DNA of 64,000 nucleotides. It comes from Faecousia sp. (GTDB lineage Bacteria; Bacillota; Clostridia; Oscillospirales; Oscillospiraceae). Every line of letters starts with the position of its first letter. The stretch's first letter is position 1. Made by a program: the position numbers and the translations under genes. The notes under the pieces are model-generated. The model was not told the origin of the DNA, did no database searches, and worked only from the letters and a program-made list of their open reading frames with translations. Positions 27,978 through 37,671 of the stretch are shown here, one piece after another. Where the stretch lies: contig JAZSPV010000060.1 in NCBI GenBank assembly GCA_045537615.1, positions 6,852 through 70,851 on the forward strand, written 5' to 3'.

Positions 27978-28325
27978 ATGGGTAAAAATGAATTTGGCTT
28001 CATTCGTTTTATGCGTTCCTTTGGGAAATTGAGTTACCGCATGCGCAGTGTGGTACTTGCAATCCCTGTGGCCGTAGCTGCAGTGGGACTTGCCCTGTAC
28101 AACATGGTGACTCTGCCTGCGAATGTGGGCATTAACATTCAGGAGACCGGAGAGTTTGCGCAGATGGTCGGCAGAGGGACGGCGGTCGTGGGACCATTGG
28201 TGCTGACGGCGATTTGTTTGGCGCTGATGTTTTGTTCCCGCCGCGTGATTTATCCGTGGCTGATTAGCTTGTTCTCTCTGGTTTTGCCGCTGGTTATTCT
28301 GATTACGAATATTTTCCCCGGATAA
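27978..28325 (+). CDS. hypothetical membrane protein (about 3 TM)
   Basis: RBS GGAGGTG; hydrophobic segments; followed by a terminator. Confidence 0.75.
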   Translation: MGKNEFGFIRFMRSFGKLSYRMRSVVLAIPVAVAAVGLALYNMVTLPANVGINIQETGEFAQMVGRGTAVVGPLVLTAICLALMFCSRRVIYPWLISLFSLVLPLVILITNIFPG

Positions 28326-28326
28326 C

Positions 28327-28362
28327 AAAAACAGCTTGCTGCGACTGCAGCAAGCTGTTTTT
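28327..28362. terminator. bidirectional terminator
   Basis: aaaaacagcttgctgc-gact-gcagcaagctgttttt. Confidence 0.8.
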
Positions 28363-28376
28363 TGAATAAATAGTAT

Positions 28377-28745
28377 TTATCTGACGGCAATTGCCTCGAT
28401 TTCGCACAGAACGCCTTTGGGAAGCGCTTTTACCGCCACACAGCTTCTAGCAGGTTTGGAGATAAAGTATTTGGCGTAAATCTCGTTAAATGCTGCAAAG
28501 TCATTCATGTCAGCCAAAAAGCAGGTGGTCTTGAATACCTTTGAAAAGTCAACACCTGCCGCTTCCAGTATTGCACCTACATTTTTGCAGCTTTGCTCTG
28601 CCTGTGCCGCAATGCCTAGGGGAATTTCCCCCGTTTCCGGAACCACTGGAATTTGACCGGAAGTGTATACGAACCCATTTGCAATATAACCCTGGCTATA
28701 GGGACCAATGGCACCGGGTGCCTTGGTTGTTGTAATAATTTCCAT
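28377..28745 (-). CDS. ridA: RidA family enamine/imine deaminase
   Basis: APGAIGPYSQ, SGQIP, PARSCV, LPKGVLCEIEAIA. Confidence 0.95.
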   Translation of the reverse strand: MEIITTTKAPGAIGPYSQGYIANGFVYTSGQIPVVPETGEIPLGIAAQAEQSCKNVGAILEAAGVDFSKVFKTTCFLADMNDFAAFNEIYAKYFISKPARSCVAVKALPKGVLCEIEAIAVR

Positions 28746-28918
28746 TTTGTAACCTCACAGTTTTTTGAAATTTGACCGCCAAAATTTGTTTGGCAAGAGT
28801 TTGCATCAACAGCCCCATAGGGATGCTGTTGGTTGCCCGCGGGACAGTCAGGATCTTATTTATATAAATAATTATAACATAACATGTGTTTATTTCAATG
28901 TTCAAATCCCTCTCGGAT

Positions 28919-28956
28919 AAAAAAGCAGATACACTAGTCAGTGTATCTGCTTTTTT
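28919..28956 (-). terminator. tRNA-Ser terminator
   Basis: aaaaaagcagatacact-agtc-agtgtatctgctttttt directly after CCA. Confidence 0.8.
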
Positions 28957-29047
28957 GGCGGAGTGAGAGGGATTTGAACCCTCGCGCGCTGTTTAGACGC
29001 CTACTCCCTTAGCAGGGGAGCCCCTTCGGCCTCTTGGGTATCACTCC
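28956..29047 (-). tRNA. tRNA-Ser(GCT)
   Basis: GGAGTGATACCCAAGAGGCCGAAGGGGCTCCCCT-GCT-AAGGGAG, long variable arm, GGTTCAAATCC, encoded CCA. Confidence 0.97.
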
Positions 29048-29351
29048 GAATAGAAAGAAATATTCTTTTGTATGCCAAGGTATTCTAGCATAGGGAATTT
29101 GTTTTGTCAAGTGAAAATGCCGTAGTTTATCCGATAGTCTGCGGAATTTTACTTATGAATTTGGAATATGTTGACTTTTGGAAGATGCCTGTGTATTATA
29201 AATTAAAGTGTTCACTGGGAACGGGAAATCTGTGCTGTGGCAGACGTGACCGTTTCTTTTTCTTTGCTAATCGAGGCAAGCTGGCGAAGGGATGATAAGA
29301 ACTCAGCGTAATAACTTCAATATTGTAAATTATAACAAAGGCGGTATGAAA

Positions 29352-30158
29352 ATGGAAGAACTGAATATTTTATCTGATAAGCAGCTGTTTCTGTTCGATA
29401 TGGACGGTACACTGTATTTGGGCAACAAGCTCTATGATTTTACAATCGAATTGTTGGAAACGATTCGTTCCACAGGCAGAAAATACCTGTTTATGACCAA
29501 CAATTCCTCCAAAAGTGTTGAGGATTATATTATTAAGCTGGCAAAATTGGGAATTGAAGCGACGCGGGAGGATTTTATGACATCTTCCCAGGCCACAGCC
29601 TATTATCTGCATAAATACCATGAAGGTCAGACACTCTATGTGTGCGGCACAGAATCTCTGAAGCAGGAGTTGCGGCAGGAGGGCTTTGTAATTACCACAG
29701 AGCTTGATCGTGTAGAATGTATCGTAATGGGTTTTGATACGGAACTGACCTTTCAGAAGCTCCATGATGTAAGCTATTTGCTACTGACCAGAAAGGATAT
29801 TCCCTATATTGCCACAAATCCGGACCTGGTGTGCCCCACAGAATTTGGAAGTGTTCCGGATTGCGGCAGTGTCTGCGCAGCCATTAAAAATGCCACAAAT
29901 CGAGAACCTGTTGTCATCGGAAAGCCCACTGCACTCATGCCGGAACTTGCTATGGAGCGGCTGGGAATCACAAAAGACAAAACCTGCGTGGTGGGAGACC
30001 GAATCTATACCGATGTGAAATCGGGCCTAAATGCTGGCGTAACGGGCGTTTTGGTTATGTCTGGAGAGACTACGCCGGAGATTTTGGCACAGAGTCCCGA
30101 TAAGCCCCACCTGGTACTGAAGGATGCAGGACAGATCCTATCTCAGCTAAAAGGATAA
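29352..30158 (+). CDS. HAD-superfamily IIA hydrolase (NagD-like)
   Basis: FDMDGTL, TNNSS, ATNPD, GKP, VGDRIYTD; start could also be 29346. Confidence 0.93.
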   Translation: MEELNILSDKQLFLFDMDGTLYLGNKLYDFTIELLETIRSTGRKYLFMTNNSSKSVEDYIIKLAKLGIEATREDFMTSSQATAYYLHKYHEGQTLYVCGTESLKQELRQEGFVITTELDRVECIVMGFDTELTFQKLHDVSYLLLTRKDIPYIATNPDLVCPTEFGSVPDCGSVCAAIKNATNREPVVIGKPTALMPELAMERLGITKDKTCVVGDRIYTDVKSGLNAGVTGVLVMSGETTPEILAQSPDKPHLVLKDAGQILSQLKG

Positions 30159-30185
30159 CAAACCACAACGGCCGGAGGTAACGGA

Positions 30186-31211
30186 ATGCACAAGCGAAAT
30201 TTGCCCTGTCTGATTTTGTTAGTGTTGATACTGTTGCTTGCCGGTTGTGCCGGAAAAGAGAAAACAGTTGTTCTGACGGATGTAAAACCCAGCACTGAGA
30301 ATGGGGAATCCGGCTTATGCCCGTGGGCCTATGATGTTTGCACCGCCTCTGTACAGAATGGCACCATGGATTACTACTTTATGTCCGGTGAAGGACAGAT
30401 TGTTGATGAAGACCTTTCCCAGCCAACGAAGTGGGGAGATTGTTGCCTGATCGTATTTCCGGACGGAGAAACAATGCTTGTGGATTGCGGCGTAGCGGAT
30501 TTTGGACCTATTTTGGTAGAGAATCTGAAACGTATGGGTGTAAGAAAATTGGACTATGTGGTAATCACTCATCCGCATACAGATCACCAGGATGGCATCT
30601 TCCATACAGACAATCTGTTGGGCAATGGTGTACTGGACGGCTTTGAAATCGGACAGGTCTATCACCGTGGCGGTACCGACCCCAATCGGGAGGATTCGCA
30701 ACGTGTGGAAAGGGTCTGTGCTGAGCGAAAGATCCCTTTGAGTGTATTGGAGATGGGGGATGGGATACAAATCGGACAGGTCCGCGCCCGTGTGCTTTGG
30801 CCTGAACCGGGTACATCTGAAAAACAGATTACCGGCACTGCCAATGTGAATAATAGCGGTATTGTGATCCGCTTTGACTATGGTGAGCACGCATCGTTGT
30901 TTGCTGCCGACCTGTATGATGATGGCGAGTATGCTATGTTGTCGGCACAGGATACGGCCTTATTTGATGTGGACTTGCTGAAAGCGCCACATCACGGAGG
31001 TCACACATCCGGTTCTACAGTGTTTTTGAACATTGTATCGCCGGAACTGACTGTGGCTACCGGCTATATGCCCATTCGGGATGATGTACTCAGACGATAT
31101 GCTGCATGTAAGACATGGATATTGAGCGATTGGGCCAATGGTTATATCCATATTTCTACAGACGGAAAAACTATGACATGGGAATCCTCCCGCCAGGATT
31201 CCTGCCTGTAA
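30186..31211 (+). CDS. ComEC/Rec2-type MBL-fold lipoprotein hydrolase
   Basis: Lipobox LAGC; GDC.LI, THPHTDH, NNSGIV, KAPHHG. Confidence 0.85.
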   Translation: MHKRNLPCLILLVLILLLAGCAGKEKTVVLTDVKPSTENGESGLCPWAYDVCTASVQNGTMDYYFMSGEGQIVDEDLSQPTKWGDCCLIVFPDGETMLVDCGVADFGPILVENLKRMGVRKLDYVVITHPHTDHQDGIFHTDNLLGNGVLDGFEIGQVYHRGGTDPNREDSQRVERVCAERKIPLSVLEMGDGIQIGQVRARVLWPEPGTSEKQITGTANVNNSGIVIRFDYGEHASLFAADLYDDGEYAMLSAQDTALFDVDLLKAPHHGGHTSGSTVFLNIVSPELTVATGYMPIRDDVLRRYAACKTWILSDWANGYIHISTDGKTMTWESSRQDSCL

Positions 31212-31216
31212 TGATA

Positions 31217-31246
31217 CCCCCGGAAGACTATCTTCCGGGGGATTTT
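31217..31246 (+). terminator. terminator hairpin
   Basis: cccccggaaga-cta-tcttccggggg-atttt. Confidence 0.7.
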
Positions 31247-31280
31247 CTGTCGTTGAATAAAAAAGTCAAAAAGGGGAAAA

Positions 31281-31329
31281 TGCTATATATTGTGGTTTTA
31301 GTTGACTTTACCACACAAAATGGTATAAT
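31281..31329 (+). promoter_or_regulatory. sigma-A promoter with candidate NrdR boxes
   Basis: TTGACT-N16-TATAAT with TG extension; tgCTATATATTGTGGT (31281-31296) and weaker ACCACACAAAATGGTA (31310-31325). Confidence 0.5.
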
Positions 31330-31369
31330 ACAGTAGATATACTATGGATAAGTTTGGCAGGTAGATAAT

Positions 31370-33361
31370 ATGGCAAAAACAAAACAGGAACTATACGGAA
31401 ACTCCAGTATTTCTATGCTAAAGGGTGAGGAACGCGTCCGTAAACGCCCTGCAGTTATATTTGGCTCGGATGATCTGGAGGGCTGTAAGCACGCGGTATT
31501 CGAGATTCTTTCCAACGCTATTGACGAAGCCCGGGAAGGCCACGGTGACACCATCATCGTTACCCGTTACGAGGATCTGTCGGTGGAAGTGGAAGACTTT
31601 GGTCGCGGCTGCCCGGTGGATTATAACGAGAAGGAAAAGCGCTACAACTGGGAGCTTGTTTTCTGTGAAATGTATGCAGGCGGCAAGTATGGCGAGAATG
31701 GAGAAAACTATGAGTATTCTCTGGGCTTGAACGGCCTTGGCTCCTGTGCGACCCAATATGCCTCTGAGTTCTTTGATGCTACAATTCGTCGTGACGGTTT
31801 CCGCTACGACCTGCACTTTGAAAAGGGTAGAAATAAGGGTGGCTTGAAAAAAGAACCTACTGACCGTGGCAGAAAGACCGGCTCTGTATTCCATTGGCGT
31901 CCTGACCGTCAAGTCTTTACGGATATCAATATCCCTGCGGACTATTACCGGGATGTACTGCGCCGTCAGGCTGTGGTGAATAAGGGAGTAACCTTTAAAT
32001 TCCGCAATCAGGTTGGCGCAAAGTTTGAGACAGAGGAATACTGCTACGCCGATGGCATCAAGCAGTATATTGAGGAATTGGTAGGCGACAATGCCTTTAC
32101 CATGCCCGTGTTCTGGGAGGCAGAGCGCCGGGGCAGGGATGCAGAGAACCGTCCGGAGATGAAACTGAAGATCACCGCATCCTTCTGTTTCTCAAAGCAG
32201 CTCAGCCATTTGGAATACTATCATAACTCATCTTGGTTGGAGTATGGCGGCAGCCCTGACCGCGCAGTGCGCTCCGGCTTTGTGGCAGCGTTTGACAAGT
32301 ATTTGAAGGATACGAATAAGTACAATAAGAACGAGAGCAAGATTATTTTTCAGGATGTTCAGGATAGCCTTGTGATCGTGACTAACTGCTTCTCCACCAT
32401 CGGTTGCTTTGAAAATCAGACGAAGAAGTCTGTGAATTCTAAGTTCACCCAGGAGGCTATGACCGCATTCTTTAAAGAAAAACTACAGGTGTGGTTCCTG
32501 GAGAATAAGCAGGAGGCAGACCGGGCAGCCGAACAGATTTTAATCAATAAACGAGCCCGGGAGAGCGCTGAAAAGACCAGAAGCAACGTAAAGAAGAACC
32601 TTGTTGCCAAGGTTGACATTGCCAACCGTGTCCAGAAATTTGTGGATTGCCGCAGCAAGGATACAAGCATGCGGGAGCTGTATATCGTGGAGGGTGACTC
32701 TGCGTTGGGTAGCGTCAAGCAGTCCCGGAATGCTGAGTTCCAGGGTATTATGCCTGTCCGTGGTAAGATTTTGAACTGTCTGAAGGCCGACTATAGTAAG
32801 ATTTTTGGGTCACCGATTATTACCGATCTAATGAAGGTCTTGGGCTGCGGTGTGGAGATCGAGGGTAAGAAGGCAAAGGAGCTTTCTTCCTTTGATATTG
32901 ACAATTTGCGTTGGAGCAAGATCATTATTTGTACCGATGCCGACGTGGACGGTTTTCAAATTCGCACACTGATTCTGACCATGCTTTACAGACTTTGCCC
33001 CACCTTGATTCGGGACGGTTATGTATATATTGCAGAATCTCCCTTGTTTGAAATCACCTATAAAGACAAGACCTGGTTTGCTTATAACGAGGCAGAAAAG
33101 TCCCGTATTTTGCGGGAGGATCTGGAGGGGAATAAGCCCAGCAACATCCAGCGGTCCAAGGGTCTTGGTGAAAATGATCCGGAAATGATGGCCATGACGA
33201 CTATGAACCCGGAAACCCGTCGCCTGGTCAAGGTCATGCCGGAGGATGCAGAACGCACGGCCCACTATTTTGATATGCTCTTGGGTGACGCGTTGAACGA
33301 AAGAAAGAATTTCATTGCGGAAAACGGTGCCAGGTATTTGGAACTGGCTGATATTTCTTAA
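31370..33361 (+). CDS. type IIA topoisomerase B subunit (ParE/GyrB-like)
   Basis: EILSNAIDE, DFGRG, GLNGLG, VEGDSA, PVRGKILN, DADVDG, KGLGE. Confidence 0.93.
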   Translation: MAKTKQELYGNSSISMLKGEERVRKRPAVIFGSDDLEGCKHAVFEILSNAIDEAREGHGDTIIVTRYEDLSVEVEDFGRGCPVDYNEKEKRYNWELVFCEMYAGGKYGENGENYEYSLGLNGLGSCATQYASEFFDATIRRDGFRYDLHFEKGRNKGGLKKEPTDRGRKTGSVFHWRPDRQVFTDINIPADYYRDVLRRQAVVNKGVTFKFRNQVGAKFETEEYCYADGIKQYIEELVGDNAFTMPVFWEAERRGRDAENRPEMKLKITASFCFSKQLSHLEYYHNSSWLEYGGSPDRAVRSGFVAAFDKYLKDTNKYNKNESKIIFQDVQDSLVIVTNCFSTIGCFENQTKKSVNSKFTQEAMTAFFKEKLQVWFLENKQEADRAAEQILINKRARESAEKTRSNVKKNLVAKVDIANRVQKFVDCRSKDTSMRELYIVEGDSALGSVKQSRNAEFQGIMPVRGKILNCLKADYSKIFGSPIITDLMKVLGCGVEIEGKKAKELSSFDIDNLRWSKIIICTDADVDGFQIRTLILTMLYRLCPTLIRDGYVYIAESPLFEITYKDKTWFAYNEAEKSRILREDLEGNKPSNIQRSKGLGENDPEMMAMTTMNPETRRLVKVMPEDAERTAHYFDMLLGDALNERKNFIAENGARYLELADIS

Positions 33362-33372
33362 GAGGTTTTACT

Positions 33373-35622
33373 ATGGCAAGGAAGAAAAAGGAAACGCAGG
33401 TAAATGTCCAAAAACTGGATACCAGCCATGTGGTTGGACTTGTGGGCTCCACAACGGAACAGGCGATCTCTGAAACCCTGGAGATCAACTATATGCCCTA
33501 TGCGATGTCAGTCATTGTTTCCCGTGCGATTCCCGAGATTGACGGTTTTAAGCCGTCTCACAGGAAACTGCTGTACACCATGTACAAAATGGGCCTGCAG
33601 AAGGGTAAGATGACAAAATCTGCCAACATTGTTGGTCAGACCATGCAGCTCAACCCCCATGGTGATGCGGCAATCTATGAAACCATGGTCCGTTTGGCCC
33701 GGGGTAATGAGACGCTTTTGCATCCCTTTGTTGCCTCGAAGGGCAACTTCGGTAAGGTTTACTCCCGGGATATGGCATACGCCGCATCCCGTTACACAGA
33801 GGCAAAACTGGAGCCATTGTGTGAGGAGCTTTTTCGGGATATTGATTTGGATACCGTGGACATGGTGGACAACTACGATGCTTCCAGAAAGGAGCCCACG
33901 TTGCTGCCTACCACATTCCCCAATGTGCTGGTATCTGCCAACCAAGGTATTGCTGTTGGTATGGCAAGTAATATCTGCTCCTTTAACCTGAAGGAAGTTT
34001 GTGAAACTGCCATTGCGCTGATGAACAATCCGGAGCATGATATTTTGGAGACCCTTCCCGGTCCGGATTTTTCCACCGGTGCGGAGCTTCTGTTTGATGA
34101 GGCTACTACCCGTGAGATCTATAGCACCGGCCGCGGTAGCTTTAAACTTCGGGCAAAGTGGCGGTATGAGAAGAAAGAAAATATCATTGAGATTTATGAG
34201 ATACCCTATACTACTACCAGTGAAGTGATTATCGATAAGGTGGCGGACCTTATTAAGGCCGGCAAGATCAAAGAGATCAATGATATGCGCGATGAGACCG
34301 ATCTGAGCGGCCTGAAGCTTGCCATTGATATCAAGCGAGGTGTGGACCCTGAAAAGCTTATGCAAAAGCTGTTCAGGCTGACACCCCTGCAGGATAGTTT
34401 CCCTTGTAATTTCAACATTTTGATTGCCGGTATGCCCCGTGTTATGGGTGTTGGGGAGATTTTGGAGGAGTGGACGGCCTGGCGTACGGAGTGCGTTATG
34501 CGCCGCATTCACTTCCAAATCACGAAAAAGGAAGACAGGCTGCATTTGTTAAAGGGCTTGGAGCGGATATTGTTGGATATCGACAAGGCGATCCGGATCA
34601 TCCGGGAAACGGAGCTGGAAAGCGAAGTAATCCCTAACTTAATGATCGGTTTTGGCATCGATGAGATTCAGGCAAACTATGTGGCGGAGATTCGGCTGCG
34701 AAATATTAACAAAGAGTATATCCTCAAGCAGATCAAGGCTATTGATGCGCTGGAAGCTGAAATCGCAGATCTCCGTGATACGCTTGGCAGCAAGCTGCGG
34801 CTGAAAAAAGTGATTATCGGTGAGTTGAAAGAGGTTGCTGAAAAATTTGGACAGCCCCGCAAGACGGACATTATCTACGAATCTGCACAGATTATGCCGG
34901 AGGATGATGAGGACGATATCCCTGATTATCCTGTGACACTGTTCGTCTCCAGGGAAGGCTATCTGAAGAAGATCACCCAGCAGAGTCTGCGTATGTCCGG
35001 TGAGCAGAAGTTCAAAGAAGGGGATAGTTTGGCGTTTTCCAGGGAAACTACCAACAAGGCAGAAATTTTGGTCTTTACCGATCAGTTCCAGTGCTATAAA
35101 TCCCGACTTTCTGATTTTGATGACGGCAAGGCATCCTTGCTGGGTGATTATTTGCCGCAGAAGCTTGGTATGGATCCGGGCGAGACTGTCTTGCAGGTTG
35201 TTTTGCCGGGAGATTATAAGGGCTTCATGCTGTTCTTCTTTGAAAACGGAAAGGTTGCTAAGGTGCCGCTGAGCGCCTATGAGACAAAAACCAACCGCCG
35301 CCGCCTCACAGGAGCATTCTCGGATAAAAGCCCCCTGAAGAGTGCGCTGGCCTTGGAAACAGATACGCAGGTGGCTGTCTATGCCACAGACGGTCGGGTT
35401 TTGGTATTCTCTACAGCTCTGCTGATGCCTAAGACCACGCGAAACACAATCGGCGTCAGTGCTATGAGTTTGAAAAAGAAATCTGCTGTAGATCGTGTAG
35501 CACTGTTGGAGAGCAGTGGTATTGTCAATGCAAGCCGTTACCGCTGTAGAGCCATACCTGCCGCAGGCGCTTTGTTGAAAGAAGAAGATGCTCCAGAAAA
35601 GCAGATTAGCTTCGATATGTAG
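33373..35622 (+). CDS. type IIA topoisomerase A subunit (ParC-like, no GyrA box)
   Basis: YAMSVIVSRA, DGFKP, NPHGD, AASRYTE catalytic Tyr, GIAVGMA. Confidence 0.93.
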   Translation: MARKKKETQVNVQKLDTSHVVGLVGSTTEQAISETLEINYMPYAMSVIVSRAIPEIDGFKPSHRKLLYTMYKMGLQKGKMTKSANIVGQTMQLNPHGDAAIYETMVRLARGNETLLHPFVASKGNFGKVYSRDMAYAASRYTEAKLEPLCEELFRDIDLDTVDMVDNYDASRKEPTLLPTTFPNVLVSANQGIAVGMASNICSFNLKEVCETAIALMNNPEHDILETLPGPDFSTGAELLFDEATTREIYSTGRGSFKLRAKWRYEKKENIIEIYEIPYTTTSEVIIDKVADLIKAGKIKEINDMRDETDLSGLKLAIDIKRGVDPEKLMQKLFRLTPLQDSFPCNFNILIAGMPRVMGVGEILEEWTAWRTECVMRRIHFQITKKEDRLHLLKGLERILLDIDKAIRIIRETELESEVIPNLMIGFGIDEIQANYVAEIRLRNINKEYILKQIKAIDALEAEIADLRDTLGSKLRLKKVIIGELKEVAEKFGQPRKTDIIYESAQIMPEDDEDDIPDYPVTLFVSREGYLKKITQQSLRMSGEQKFKEGDSLAFSRETTNKAEILVFTDQFQCYKSRLSDFDDGKASLLGDYLPQKLGMDPGETVLQVVLPGDYKGFMLFFFENGKVAKVPLSAYETKTNRRRLTGAFSDKSPLKSALALETDTQVAVYATDGRVLVFSTALLMPKTTRNTIGVSAMSLKKKSAVDRVALLESSGIVNASRYRCRAIPAAGALLKEEDAPEKQISFDM

Positions 35623-35658
35623 TCTGCACATGTTCAGTTTGCAGACAGAAGGAGAACT

Positions 35659-36522
35659 ATGGGTAAGTTTTGTCAGCATTTGATAACTGTGTTGAGAGTT
35701 GCCGTGGGCGCGGCTGTCTTCGCTTTGGGTTTCAATCTGTTTCTTTTGCCCAATGCACTGAATGCAGGTGGATTGTCTGGACTTTCCATGATGATCGTAC
35801 ACTTGACAAAATTTGGTTCCGTGGGCGTGTTTACCGCTATAATGAATTTGCCCTTGTTTGCATTGGCAGGGATTAAAGTGGGAAAACGATTTTTGGTTCT
35901 TTCGATGATCGGCGCAATCTTCAGTTCGCTTTTTATTGACTTGTTTTCCGGGCTGCCGATCCCGCAGACAGAGCCTCTGATCGGAAGCCTTTATGGTGGT
36001 GCGACCTGCGGTTTGGGACTTGGAATTGTTTTTGCTACAGGGGGTTCCACCGGCGGTTCGGATATTATTGTTCGATTGCTTAAAAAACGTTGGGTCAATG
36101 TGCCTATTGGAACAATCAATATTATATTCGATATGCTGATTGCTGTGCTGACCGGTATCGTATTCCGGGATTTTAGCAGCACTTTGTATAGTGGTATTGC
36201 TATATTTGTTTGCGGTCAGGTTGTGGATGCAGTTGTCTATCGCTTTGACTATTCCCGGGTTGCCCTGATTATTAGCAAGGAACACGAAGCAATTGTAAGG
36301 AGAATTGGAGAGAATCTTGGCCGTGGTGCCACATATCTGCATGCAGAGGGCAGCTATAGCGGTAACCAGATGATGGTGGTCCTTACCGCTGTAAAGCGCC
36401 AGCAACTTGCGGAGTTAAAGGCATTGGTTGCGGATATTGATTCTGATGCATTTATTATTGTGCAGGAAGCACATCAGGTCCTTGGTGACGGATTTTTGCG
36501 GTATTCTAAAGATGCGCTATAG
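35659..36522 (+). CDS. YitT family membrane protein
   Basis: GGLSG, GGSTGGSDII, LGRGAT, D.DAFIIV motifs. Confidence 0.9.
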   Translation: MGKFCQHLITVLRVAVGAAVFALGFNLFLLPNALNAGGLSGLSMMIVHLTKFGSVGVFTAIMNLPLFALAGIKVGKRFLVLSMIGAIFSSLFIDLFSGLPIPQTEPLIGSLYGGATCGLGLGIVFATGGSTGGSDIIVRLLKKRWVNVPIGTINIIFDMLIAVLTGIVFRDFSSTLYSGIAIFVCGQVVDAVVYRFDYSRVALIISKEHEAIVRRIGENLGRGATYLHAEGSYSGNQMMVVLTAVKRQQLAELKALVADIDSDAFIIVQEAHQVLGDGFLRYSKDAL

Positions 36523-36531
36523 GAGAAAAAT

Positions 36532-37599
36532 ATGAAACGATATGTTGCTTTTGCGACTGTTTTGGCTGTGCTGTGCTGTGTTCTGTGTGCCTGTGGCTTT
36601 TGGAATGGGGAATACGTGTCCGTAGAACCCTATCAGCAGCAGAATTCCGGCAGCCAAAAGAAAACCATTACGGTTGCCAACTATCATCAGATGCGCGAAG
36701 CTGTGGTAGACCTGATTGAGAGCGGAGCGGAGAGTGGGATTTTGTATATACCAAACTTCAGCAGAGGCTCTGTGCGTTTCTATATGGAGACGGCCATTCG
36801 CTATGCAACGGAAACAACGCCAATTGGTGCCTATGCGGTGGAAAATATCAGCTATGAGATCGGTACTCGTTCTGGTAAAGAAGCAATCGCACTGAGCATC
36901 TCCTATCGTAGAGAGCTCTCCGAAATTCTTAGAATTGAGGAGGCGGATGAAATGGAATCCGCATTTCGGATCATTGATGACGAAATGGGGAAGTGCAAAC
37001 CCTCGGCGGTTGTGTGGGTGCATCATTATGAAGAAACAGATCTGGTTCACTACGCAACTGTTTATGCTGCACAGAATCCGGATCTGGTTATGGAAATTCC
37101 TGCCGTAGAAGCTTATGTGTATCCCGACGCTGGGGAAGAACGCATCATAGAGCTGATCTTTACATACAAGAATGATCGGGACACTTTACTGCAAATGCAG
37201 GAAAAAGCATCATACGTATTCACTGCCGCAGAGCTTTATGCCCGGAGCGCCGGTCAAGTACGGGAAAAATATGCGCAGCTTTATGCCTTTTTGATGGAAC
37301 GTACCGATTATGTGTATGAGAAGTCAGACACCACTGCCTATTCCTTGCTCATCGAGGGTAAGGGGGACTGTAAGGCTTTTGCAGATATCTATGCAGCCAT
37401 GTGCCGAAGAGCAGGACTTGAGTGCCATGTGGTCGAAGGCACCCGGGATGGGGAACCCTGGACCTGGAATGTGATTAAATTCAGAGGCAGTGAGTATCAT
37501 CTTGATCTGCTGCGCTGCAATGAAGGTGGCGGCTTTGATCCCAAAATTGGATCAGCCATGGAGGGTTACAGCTGGGATCGTTCTGCGCTGAAGGACTAA
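36532..37599 (+). CDS. transglutaminase-like domain lipoprotein
   Basis: Lipobox-like LCAC; AYSLLIEGKGDCKAFA...WN...YHLD. Confidence 0.75.
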   Translation: MKRYVAFATVLAVLCCVLCACGFWNGEYVSVEPYQQQNSGSQKKTITVANYHQMREAVVDLIESGAESGILYIPNFSRGSVRFYMETAIRYATETTPIGAYAVENISYEIGTRSGKEAIALSISYRRELSEILRIEEADEMESAFRIIDDEMGKCKPSAVVWVHHYEETDLVHYATVYAAQNPDLVMEIPAVEAYVYPDAGEERIIELIFTYKNDRDTLLQMQEKASYVFTAAELYARSAGQVREKYAQLYAFLMERTDYVYEKSDTTAYSLLIEGKGDCKAFADIYAAMCRRAGLECHVVEGTRDGEPWTWNVIKFRGSEYHLDLLRCNEGGGFDPKIGSAMEGYSWDRSALKD

Positions 37600-37631
37600 T
37601 GTGCCATTGCTAAAAAAATTGGAAAAGGGTA

Positions 37632-37659
37632 TTGACTTATTTTGAATATCTGCTATAAT
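37632..37659 (+). promoter_or_regulatory. sigma-A promoter of tRNA-Gly
   Basis: TTGACT-N16-TATAAT with TG extension. Confidence 0.7.
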
Positions 37660-37671
37660 AGCCCTTGTTCC

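Noticed and set aside
27816-28328. N-terminal part of the 227-aa minus ORF
   Set aside because: Antisense to the 27978-28325 membrane gene; the real start is most likely ATG 27815 with a strong RBS.
29213-29230. Cobalamin riboswitch (cactgggaacgggaa)
   Set aside because: Other core elements and the B12 box are absent.
34639-36405. 588-aa minus-strand ORF (also 4507-5658, 25024-26079, 33508-34545, 51052-52170)
   Set aside because: Antisense to well-supported conserved genes; explained by codon bias.
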